Assembly: GCA_051362555.1 (NCBI GenBank)
Contig: CM120640.1
Span: forward strand, 12,214,001-12,278,000
Direction: 5' to 3'
DNA: 64,000 nt
Origin: Lingula anatina
Lineage: Eukaryota; Animalia; Brachiopoda
Shown here piece by piece: positions 10,871 through 23,400 of the stretch. How positions within the stretch are numbered: the stretch's first letter is position 1; every line of letters begins with the position of its first letter. The translations under genes were made by a program, and so were the position numbers. The notes beneath the pieces were generated by a model. It saw only the letters and a program-made list of their open reading frames with translations, was not told the origin of the DNA and did not search any database.

Positions 10871-13800
10871 AGCATAATAGTGACATAATTGTTATTTTCT
10901 CTATTTTTGTTCTTGTTTTAAGAAAGTTTCATGGTCTTTGTTGTTTTTTTTGTGAGTTAGCGCCGCATGCCCATTTTGGACAGAGACCCATTTTGGACAC
11001 TTTGTGTTTATTTTTTGTTGTTTTTGTTTTGCTTAATTTATTTGATGGATCAAGCGTACATTGCATGCACGAACTTTTTTCTGTCACATAAGCACATCTT
11101 TGGCTTTAAAACATGATGCATGAATCAACAAATGGCTGCTTTTGTGCGATCATAATATACGGTAAATTCCTTCTTGTACAGGTGTATGATAAATTTCGCA
11201 TTTAGTAGCATACAGCATTTCACAGATGAGCAAGGCTAGAAAAGGTGATATTTCTTGCCCAAATTGGGTCGTGCGACGTTAGCTGCACAAAATACCTGAG
11301 CCTGGGTAAATATTGCTGGGTACAGCTTACCAGGACATAAATTATAATCATTGTGTAAAGTGCAATAGGGCATGAAATGAGGTCTACCCAAAATGTGCAA
11401 TACATCGCAATATAGTTCAATACACCAGAAAAAAAAGAAAACACAGGACACTGTCATTCCTAAGAAAATAGGTTGATATAAAAGCAAAGTATACTACTAG
11501 ATAATTTTATTAAAATACCATAATTGATACAAATTAGCAAATAGGTATGGTTTATTAATGACGTACAGGTTGTCCACTATATTGCAAAGAAGAACCACTC
11601 ATCAACATGGGAGATGACCAGACAATAAACAAGTCGTGGCAAAGTTGTTTCAGTGATATTAATATTTCACATATATATATTGCCCTGTATATTTTCTTTT
11701 AAATGACCGTTTCCCTTGTTTACTTGCATCTGGACTCGTTTTCGTATTATGCTGTATTGTGGTGTATTGCACTTAGATAGACTCTCCGAAACAGCACAAA
11801 GTGGTGCTTTGAAAGTCGAGTCACACGCAGACATGCACATTCACACACAAGTTTGTAGGCTTTGTCTCCAGAGTATGCTTAGACTATTCAAATCTGTGTT
11901 TATCCTGGTGATTATTTTCATCTCTGCCTCTGACACATGCCACCTCTGGGTCACACTGTGAATTCCTGTACTTAAATATAAACAGTATGCCCTTAAACTT
12001 GTACACATAGGTCTTTGATTTTCTAATGTATTTCCAAAATCAATTAATGTATATGATGACTTGGACCAATGCCTTTGCTATTTGTACATTACCAGCATAA
12101 ATTATATGTACTGTACATGTGTCATGCTTAAATAGGTGCCAAACGTCTGCCAAAATACTGGTTCATAGTACACATACATGTAGGTACTAGCATGTCTGGT
12201 GATTAACATACATGAATAGCAACAAATTTTGAATTTGGTCAGCAAAAATTGATTTCAGGATATATTTAAGTAATATAAATAAATCTAGAAATAGCAAAAA
12301 TGGAGTAGCAAAAAAAGAAGGTATTTATAAAAACAATTTAAATGTATAGTAACATGTATGGGTGCTTTCCCAGAGATCTATTTAGATCGATCTAAAGATT
12401 AAGATTTAGATCGACCTAACTCCCTGGGGGTTCACGCTAAATTGCAGTCAGCCGAGCGGGCACCATAGTTAATTACCCCCTTTTAGTAGGCGGGACAGAC
12501 GCTTAAGCTGGTCAAGCTGACAGTAATCTAGTGAGACTCCCTACAGGGATAGATCGTTCTAAAAATCTATGGAAATGGGGTGTATGACTGGGTTAACATG
12601 CTTAGATCGATCTAACAGGATAGATCCATCTGCAAGGAGTTTCTCATTAAATTACTTTCAGTTTAAGTGGTGAAGATGTCTGACATGCCTACTGCTAATC
12701 AATAATTAATTACCCCCTAGCAGCTTCAGTAGGCATGACAGACATTTAAGCCGCTTAAATTGATAGCAATTTAGTGAGAATCCCCTCTGAGATAGAGCGA
12801 TCCACAGTTAGTATGATAGGGTCCGGGAATGGTCCCTATGGTCAAGTGAATACATGTAGCTGGTTCCACACTGAAAAAAAGAGTCATCAAAATTATTCTT
12901 TTTAAGTCATAATGTGTCTCAAATTTATGTTTTGATCTTCAAATAATTATTCTGATTTTGAACCATATTTCATTTTATTTGGCAATTATCAGTAGAATAC
13001 ACATCTGAGATGTACCTATTTTGGCTATTTACATAATTTGATGAGATACATGTACTTGAGCACTATTGGGTTGGTGCATCATGTATGGATTAAATGTCAC
13101 TAACTTGCAGTTTGTTGATAGTTCAGTAGCTCACAATGTTAAGTGAATTGCAGTTTGCTTTCAAAAAAGTTTGTTTTTAATCTATTTATTTTGTTTGTTT
13201 GTTTGTTTTTTTTGCAGTTTGATATTTAAAGTAAAGTATTTTTTTTTACAACAAGATGCTTTTTATTTCTTGATACTCGTTTTAAATACCATATTCTATA
13301 TGTATAATGACTATATGTATATGCACTGAATATTTTGCTTGGTTCTAGTCATGTTCCACTACAAGTCAGCTTGGGCTCTGGGTATATTTTGGAACATGCC
13401 AGTCCTGTGGCTCTGAATTCAAGTTTAAGAAGTCAACACAGCTTGAGTCAGCCATCTCCTTTAAAGTAAATGGAACGCTTTGTCAAGGTACGTACTTGTG
13501 GAAGAGACTAGGTGAGGCTGTATCACAACTTTTGGTTGGTATTTATATGCTGTCCTCTTGATAGTATATAAGATACTTACCAAACGTATTTAATTTTCTT
13601 TTGCAAAAGTAGATAATTTCTTTTCGTCAGTATATCTGTTGGATTTTTGACTATCAGAATTGTAAGCTAATGGTTGACTGAATAAGATAAATCCTCAAAA
13701 AAAAATTCTTAGAAGATTAATGATTTACATATACTTTTAATGTTTAAAGAAAGTGGTGATATTGAAAAAGGCTATATAACTCATGATCATTATTTTAATT

Positions 13801-14360
13801 AGGGATGAATGCAATCTTAGAGATTACTACATTTTAGTACATACAAAAATCAGTTTTTGAAATATTAACATCTATTTTTTTTCTGTTATGTACATCTTCC
13901 AGTTGATAACAGGTTTGAAGCTGAGATGTCCTTAAATGAGTACATAAGAACGGTGCTCAAGCTGACAGGAACAAAGGTGATGTGTAATGAAGGGGGGTGT
14001 GGTAGCTGCCATGTGACCATCGCCAAATATGACCCTATCACCAAGGCCAATAAACCACAGACCATTAATTCTGTGAGTACAAGGGAAATGTTGGACAAGT
14101 TCTTGTATACTGTCCCACAAAGTTTATTTAGTATTTGATCTTTGATTTAAGAAGCTAAAATTTGTTTTACTATGATACAGTTGTTTATTTTCTATCTGGT
14201 TTTGATGATTAGATAAGGCAGCTAAGAATGAATGGTATTTGAATAGCAGACTGACTTTGTCAGTATTGTCCATTATCTGTTAGGTAAGCGTGCACTGGAT
14301 CACTGATAACATCACAATTTTAGATAAAGGTGTCTCAGAGGTGTTGCTCTATATCAACAA

Positions 14361-14440
<80 letters not shown>

Positions 14441-17400
14441 CAGTGTAAATAATTCACGAAAAAACATGTTTTGCAAGTTGTGAATTTTCCTAAGGTTGCT
14501 TGTAGTTTTTGCATATGAATAAATGGTACCATTATCATGTTGACTTTTGGCCTCTGTATACCTTTGGCCCATTTAGACTTGTAAGTTATGGTAGTTTTAC
14601 AAGTTATCCGTACATTGTAGTCACCAGACTGTTTAGAGCAAAGGACAAGATGTACATTCCTCTCATAATTTTTATTGCTAAAAAAATATAAAATTGTTAT
14701 TTTAGGTGTCAGATTTATGAAAAAAAAGCATATTCCCCTAAAATACCACATACATAATGTCATAAATATATTAATATATTTCCTCTTTGGTACATGATTC
14801 TGATTTCTGATTAGTAAATGTTCGATGGCTTGCTGCAAGTTTGGAATCTAAATCAAATAATAGTTTCATATAATTTGAAGTGCTAAATGAAAAATTTTTG
14901 AAGTGAACACATTTATCAATATTTCAGTGTCTGTGGCCAGTGTATGGTTGCCATAATCTGGAGATCACCACAGTGGAGGGTATAGGGGACAAGTTCTCTG
15001 GTTACCATCCTATCCAGAAAGCACTGGCTGATGGCAATGGAAGCCAGTGTGGGTTCTGTAGCCCTGGAATGGTCATGAATATGTACAGGTAACTAGCTTA
15101 ATATAGTGTTTTATTGGGGAATAGTCCATAACTGTAAACATTTTCTTTGGCCCAGGGTTTTTGTGCATGTTGGTTGTCTTTCAGTGTATTCATCAAAAGT
15201 CCACAGATAAATCATAACTGTAACTTGACATCTGTGATGAACCAATCTGACCAATGCATGCCCTGGACCACAACATTACATTACATTACATTACCATAAA
15301 AATTACCCTACCACATATCAAGGAGGTGCAAAATTTTCACTTATTTATTAACAATAATAATCAGAAAATATTTTGATAAAATATCCTGTTTTGGTAGTTT
15401 CTCTCAGATTTCTTAACAGTTGCTGAAGTTTGTATGAAATGTTAGAGTTAGTAAATTCCAGTCAAAGCTAGGCTACAGAGATTTTACATCTGATCAAGAC
15501 ATCCTCTCTTTCCATCACAGAATACAATAATAAATCAATCCTTTCAATGGGTAAAATTGGGAATTTTATAGATATTGTATTTCTTAAGTCAGAAATTCTT
15601 AAAATTGAAACATTTCTATTGAGAGATAGAAACAAAATTGAAAAGCTGGCTACCTTACAGCTCTATCCAATACAGTAAAGACACCACAAATGCTACACAA
15701 AAATATGTTTTTAAAGATTCCCAAATTATGTATTTTCCCCATTGAAAAGATTAAGTCATTACAGTAACATGTTTATGCGATCCTTACAGTTTCCTTGGAA
15801 GCAATCCCAAACCTACTAAAGAACAGATAGAGGATGCTTATGATGGCAACATATGCAGATGCACAGGTACACATATTAAGGCAATACTGACTTAAAGCTC
15901 TGAAAGTGTAATATGTGGACTTAATACAAATTAGAGTGATTTACGCCTGAAGCTGAAGCATGCTGTACATTTTATTGGTGGCACTGTGGTATTACGTTAC
16001 TGCATGAGATGAACAAGTTAAGCTAAAGAGGTATTTAATGTGCTGTAATGTTTTTTCCACAGGGTACAGACCAATTCTGGATGCCATGAAAACTTTTGCT
16101 GTGGATTCCACAGACCATGTTATAGACATTGAGGTGACTTGAATTCATAAACATAAAGATATAAAGAGTGGATTTCGTTAAAGACAAAAATGTCTTGTTT
16201 TTACTTACTTAGTCTTTATGAGTTTGACTCATTGGTTTCTAAAGTTGTAGATGATTGTGTGTTCTAGCTGGCCAGATTGTGTTTTGTATTCATTTGAAAC
16301 TATACGATGCCATTTGATTGTGTTTATATGACTTTATACAATTTATGCACACCTTAATGCATATAAATCTTTAATCCAGAATAATAAATTTTATTTAAAA
16401 ATTGCTTGCCTGCAGATGGTTACCATTTATTTTGTCGTATGGAGTTTTAAATATCAACATGCGTGAATGTGCAATGTAACCTACTCGTACATGTAGTAAT
16501 TTCAAGATTATTTATATTAGGACCTGTCCAGCAGACAGTGCCCTAAGACTGGTCAGGCATGCACTGGACAGTGTGGACCTAAGTCGGTCAAGCCAGTACA
16601 CTTGGTGTTGAGCACATCGCAGTGGCTGATACCAGTAAACCTGCTGCAGTTATACCAGATGGTGGTGCAGAATAAGTCAAAGCCTACCAAGCTTGTCTTG
16701 GGAAACACAGCAGGGGGTAAGTCGGCAAGGTGGATCTGTGCATTGTTGCTGTGTCATGCCTCCAAGTTTTACTGTTAGAACTTGTTTGATTGTTCTTCTA
16801 TTTAAAGTGATGGTCAATATTTCGTAAAAAATTGTACTATATTATTTCTACAGTCATATCTGGAAATAGGTCAAGTTTGAGTTATGTCATGCATCGTTTT
16901 TTGGTCCCATCATCCAGAACTGTCAATACACATGCCCCCAGGAGCCCAGCCTAAATCATATTATTTTTACAAAGTGGATTTTAACTTATTTATGAGCTGA
17001 CCAACCACACATGAAATCCAAGGTTACTCTGTGTTGGGTTGTCTCTGATTCTTGCTTTCCTTTCCAGGAAGCTATGATGTGTACATTGATTTGAAGTCTG
17101 TACCAGAATTATATCAGTACTCTGTAAGTACAAAATTACAATTATTTTATCATTATTTATTTTATTTGAATTTAAAAATAATGTCGTTATACCAGGGGTG
17201 AATAAGCACACACCTGTCAGTTGTTAAGCAGATATTTTATGAAACATAAAATTTGACTGATAATTAAGTGATTAAGTACATTATTGTCACTCCTTTAGAA
17301 GAATGCCCCAGTGACCATTGGTTCCAACTTTAGCCTGTCTGCATTGATGGAAGTATTGACTGAGGTTGCTACACTGCCAGGATATAGCTATTGTTCCACA

Positions 17401-20400
17401 CTGGTCACTCACTTGAAAAGAGTGGCCAATACCTCCGTCAGGAATGTAAGTGTTTAATCTACACACATTTTTTAATTAGTCAGTCATAATCATTGGTATG
17501 CATTTAGTTCATGTTTGAATTTCAGTTTAGTTTTCTAATTCAGGATTCTCCTCTTACAAAAAGTAGTCTATATATAGTAGTTATATTGTTTCATTAAAAA
17601 AATATAAAAATAATATACAGTATAGGGTGAAATGCTCACCCTTATGCAAAACAGAATTCTATTTAAGCTGAATTAATTGCTTAATTATAAAAGATAGTAA
17701 TACCTTTTAAGATAGATAACATTGATGTATAAATATGAATTAAGCTATTTGTATGGATTGAATAATATAGAGGGGATTTTTTTTCACAGGCAGGAGGGTG
17801 GGCAGGAAACTTGATGCTCAAAAAGAACGATCCAGGGTTTCCTTCTGATGTTTTTGTTATTCTTGAAACTGTTGGTGCAGTCTTGAACATTGGTATGTTA
17901 CTCTATATAGTAGATTGTTCTGGGTACATTGTCTGGATTGTATGACTTTCTCAAATCATTACTCGCACATTTGTTTTGGAGTCAATAAGGAATCTGTCAT
18001 GATGTAATTTTTTCAAGGCAAATTTGCAAGTTTACCAATGATGAATTGGGGAAAAATAGTTATTATTTTCTTTGCTTTATTGCTGAAACGAATAAAATAA
18101 AAAACATCCAAAAATGGGCCAGTTGATATCATTGACATTAAATAAGTTAATTCAGGTTGTAGGCAATTTATTTCAAAAGTAGATGCATTAACATCTTTAG
18201 TTTGTATTCTCACTGTACTGATAGTATTTTATACATATATTCAGCTTCTTGCCAGACACAGGTTGTCTCCAGGATACTCCTTACAGACTTCCTGGCGATT
18301 GACATGTCACAGAGTGTCATTCTCAACGTTGTCCTTCCAACCATGACTGTCAATGATTATGTCAGGACATTCAAGATACAACCAAGAGTTCAGGTATCAT
18401 GCTGATTTGTATCTGATTTTTTATGAAAATATTGTTTTGAAGTCCATATTTTCAGTCATGCAAAAGCTTTCTTAAAATTCTTTATTTATAGGTACTGCCA
18501 ATTTAAGCATGTACCCTGTAAGAGGCTTTGATATAACATTTGAGACATAACCAAAAGCCTAGGTACAAACTAATTAGTTTTCTTTAAGTGATCATCTGTC
18601 TGAACTGGTGAAAAGTGATATATATTTCTTCCTAACATATGTCTCTTGGAAAGAAAAACAATCTTTGTGATTATATTTTTGGGAATGTGTACTTTGTAAA
18701 GGAGATGATAGAATGAAGTCTTCAACTTTCATATTCTTTTATCTAAATTATAGTATTCTTTAAATGTTATTCTACATGTGCTGGTTTCCCTTACAGTCCA
18801 GTCTTGCCTATGTCTCGGCAGGGTTTCGCTTCAAGGTGAACAACAACACTGAATATAAAATAATCCAACAACCATCAATTGTGTTTGGTGGGATTAGTTC
18901 AACATTTGTAAGTATTTGATTGTATATATTAGGTTTGAATGTCAGAATCTTGTGTACGTACTATATAATATAGATATCTGAATATATTGAAGTATTTAAA
19001 TTATTGGTAAATAACTAGGAGATATTTTCTTCTTCATATATATGTTTTTTATGAATTGAAATGTTAATACTGTATTTATCTTACTGTATTTATGCAGAAT
19101 ACATATTGTTTTATAGGTACATGCCTCTCAGACTGAGGAATATTTAACTGGAAAAAGCCTGCTTGATCAAAAAACTTTAACGGGTGAGTTAAATTGTTTG
19201 ACCCTGTAGTAGCTTTTACATTGTATTTGTATCAGTACTTTTTGTTAAATGCTTTTTTCATGTTATAGGTGCCTATTCTACTCTGGCAAATGAGATCAGC
19301 CCAATGCTAGAGGAAGGTAGTCCAGACTATAGGAAGAGGCTGGCTGTTGCTTTATTTTACAAGGTCAGGGCAGTGACACAATATGCAGTCTTAAGATATT
19401 GCTTGCAACACCTGAATGGAAGTTGTCTTTAACAAATTATATTTAAATAATAAAAAAAAATGGAATTTGAACTTGTTGAGGACAGTAAAGAGCTGAGGTG
19501 TCATGTTATAGATTCCTGCAAAAGCAAATCCCAAGGTTGAAAGATCCTTTTGCAGCTGAATTCCTGCTGATTTAAAATAGCATGAAAAATATTTTCTGCC
19601 CTAGATCCATATTTCATGTGTTGTGATTGATATTGCTAATCTTGTTAATAAGTACTAAATGTTGATAGGTCATTTAACTGAACAAATTTTTGGAAGAGCT
19701 GAAAGTGTACATCATCTTGGGTTTTTTTTTTTTTTTTTTTTTTTTTGTGTTGAAATCTGTCAGTGGGGATCAATATCTATGTGAGAAAGATAGATCTATT
19801 AGCATTAGTAGCTTTTCAGTGGTGCAGTTTGTTTTGCCCATTGTCAGATTGAAATGTGTTTTGACTGTAGATAGATATCTCAGTTCATTTGTGACTATTC
19901 CAGTGTGTGCTGAGCATTGTGGGAGAGAAGGCTGGTGCCAGAATGAGAAGTGGAGCCACCAAGTTGATTGACCAGCGCCCAGTGTCTTCTGGCCAGCAAT
20001 CCTTTGATACTGACCCTTCTAAGTACCCTCTGAATGAACCTATGCCAAAAGTACTGGCCAGGCAGCAGGTAGTGCACGGCTTTCAGTATGAAAGGGACTC
20101 TATGATAATTCTCCAAGCAATTAAATCCGTTGATATTTTTTATAGTACTCTGTTTGTAATCTATTGCTCAGTGATGATGCTGCAGTCAGTTCAGAGTTAA
20201 TGTTGAGATTGAAACAGTTTTCTTGTATCTTTAAAACCTTTTTGCTGATAAATCTATGCTAAATTTCTATCTTGAACTAAAAGAATTTGATTGGAATATT
20301 GAAGTAGAAGTACATCTATCATACTGATAGTCAAATGTTGGTTTTGAATTAGAATTCAAACAACTCCTGCTGGAAATTGACACGATAAAAATTTGCCGAA

Positions 20401-23400
20401 GTAGATTTAGTCATCAGAAATGTAATCCTGTTTATCTCAATCCAGTACATGTATCTTATCTCTCCCAATTGTTATCATTCAGACTGCTGGTGAGGCAATG
20501 TACATCCTTGACCAACCTGCCAAGCCAGGGCAATTGTATGGTGCCTTTGTCACCTCCACTGAAGGCAATGCCAAGATTGCAAGCATTGATACAGCAGTGG
20601 CTCAGGTTTGGTCAATGGGTTTTCTTTATTGCAATATTTTTCAGTTGGTAACAAGTTATTTGAAAAATGTAACAAATTCTTTAAAAATTTAATTGTTAAA
20701 ATTAATCAGCTGATTGATGGAGTTATTTGAAATTTAACTTATTTCTGTATTGTATTTTCAGAATGTACCTGGATTTGTTCGCTTCATTTCTGCTAAAGAC
20801 ATCCCAGGAGAAAATGATGTTATGGGAAAATTTGGACAACAGAAGGAGATGGTAGAAACCAGGCTATTTTTACTTTTATGTTTTTCCTGTTATGAAAATC
20901 TTAATGTTTTCTGGTCCAGATATAAAATATATTTTCTATTATATTCTTATTACTACATGCGGCAATCAGTCAGATTTTTTTGGACGTTCATTTTTTATTA
21001 TTCAGTTATTTGTAACAGACCAAGTGGAGTATGCTGGTCAAGCCATTGGACTGGTAGTGGCTGGTAAGGCAATATTATGTATACATGATTTTTGTAGCAT
21101 AGCCTTAAATGGGTTGCAAGGTGATAACATAACATGTATATTAATCAAAGCATTTGCTGGCCATCTTGTAGTAATTGATTTACATCTGTTAGTCAGGGAG
21201 ACAAAATCAAAGAAAAATATTATTATGATTTTTTTTTGTGATGGCAAATAAACACGCCCTCAAAAAATCACTATAAAAGATAAATAGAAGAACTGAAGTA
21301 CCACGCAAAATCCATGTCTCCAGATACCCTGGCCCATGCTGAGGCAGCAGCCAGTGCTGTCCAGGTGAACTATACAGATGTGCAGCCACCTATTGTCACC
21401 ATTGAGGACGCCATTGCTAAGAAATCCTTCATCGAACCTTTTGTGGATGAGTTTAAGTTGGGGGATGCTGATGGTTTGTTTATTATATATCATTATATTC
21501 TTAGTGTTTAACTTGAGTTTTTATGGATATGCATTTTCCTATTTATTATATTTCATGGCAGATACAACTGGAACTTGTAGCTATGGCATTTTGTGAACTT
21601 TTGTAAGTTGACCACTTAGATAAATATATAATTCAAACAATGTTAAGTTTTACTTTGCTAAATTTTGTTTTGATATGATGTGTACTTTGAGTGTTTAATA
21701 TTTGTGTCAGCTGCTGTGGCGGGGGCACCTAAGAAGATCAGTGGTCAGATTAAAATGGGGCCTCAGTACCATGTTCACATGGAGACACAGGTTTTCAATT
21801 TTTTCATCTTTTCTCTCTTTACAAAGCATGTTTTGGCCACTCATAATTTGTGAGTAACATAATTTTGAACAAGAAAATATTAGTGCTGTCATACAATGCA
21901 AATAAGCAGTCTTACAGTCTTACAGACCTACAGTGAAACATGCAGTAGGCATTTATTTTTATTTGTTGTGAACATGTGGATATAATTTTGTAGTGTTCTT
22001 TTATTTAAAATTGTATTTTTATATAATGAAAATGTATATATTTTACAGACAAGTTTTGCTGTGCCCAAGGAAGATGGGTATGATGTTTACTGTTCCACTC
22101 AGTGGATAGACCTGTGTCAGCAAGCTTGTGCCAGAGTTCTTGGAATACAACAGAACAAGTAATGAACAAACCATATTGCTTTGGTTCCTTGTTAAATTAG
22201 CACTGTGTTCCACAATGCATTTAATATGTATGTTAATGCCAGTGTTAACATCAATATGATGTTGAATGAAATGTACATGTGCATGTGTCAGGCAAAAATG
22301 AGATTAATACATCCTAGATCTCCTTTAAAAGATATAAATTTGGAATACTAATAATTCAAATTTAAGCATTGGATGGGAATTTAAGTCATTCATTCATGTT
22401 CCAGAATTGACGTGAGTGTACCTCGGCTGGGTGGAGCATATGGTGGGAAGATCACTAGGAATTCTCCTGTGGCAGCTGCTAGTGCCCTGGCTGCTTATGT
22501 TACCAGGAAGTGAGATTGCTTTTTATTTTGATCTGGATAGAATCTCTTTCTGTCTTATAATGATGTAAACTTATAAATTGTAGAGCATTAGTTTTCTGTA
22601 TATGCATCAACTTTTATTGCAGGTCATTAAAGTACAACTTTAAAGATGCATATGAAAACAAATGTCACCACATAGTTTCAAAGGCATCATTTCACATTAC
22701 CCTAAAAAGGATATTTAATCAGATTTTTCTGCTTGCTTGCTGTGCTGTATATAAACAGGGCAGATAGGTAGGTCAGGTAAGTAGGTGAAATTTATGACCA
22801 AAAATTTAAAAAGTGTCGGTTAAAAGCTTTTTTTTGGCTGATTGAGTGATTAATTTGGTTTATCCTTGGCATGTTATCTTTATTTGGGGTTGGATAACTA
22901 GTAGATGTGGTTTATATGCAATAATGGGAATCCACACTCCATCATTGCTTGGTTCATATGTACCTTCAAATTGGATGTGTTTGTGTCAGCAAAAATATGA
23001 ACATTGATATTATTTAAGAATTTATAAACGTAGACTCTTCATAAAACAAATGTGAAAATTTCCTAAATTGAGAATTATTTTAAAGATGAAAGAACTTGAG
23101 AATATTTTTGTATTATAGGCCTGTTCATATTCACATGAGTTTGGGAGCCAATATGAAGATGCTGGGGAAAAGAATCCCATATGTTGTTAACTATGAAGTA
23201 GGTATATGCAGCAATTAATCAAAGATAGTATTTTATATAAATTACCATATAACAGAAGATTTTCATTCAATTAAAAGGGTAATGAAATGCACAATTTGAA
23301 AGTAATTGACCTATTATGTTGATTTGTTAGGTCGGTGTGACTAATGATGGAAAACTTCTTGGAATAGTGGTCACTTACTATGCTAATGGAGGAATTTTAG

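Noticed and set aside
10965-11850. Direct repeat cccattttggaca x2 and CpG-richer tract, possible DNA transposon end
   Set aside because: No matching inverted terminus or second copy found in the window, so boundaries cannot be supported.
14335-14838. 167-aa and 72-aa ORFs with IYIYIY runs
   Set aside because: Artefacts of the (TA)n microsatellite, antisense within an oxidase intron.
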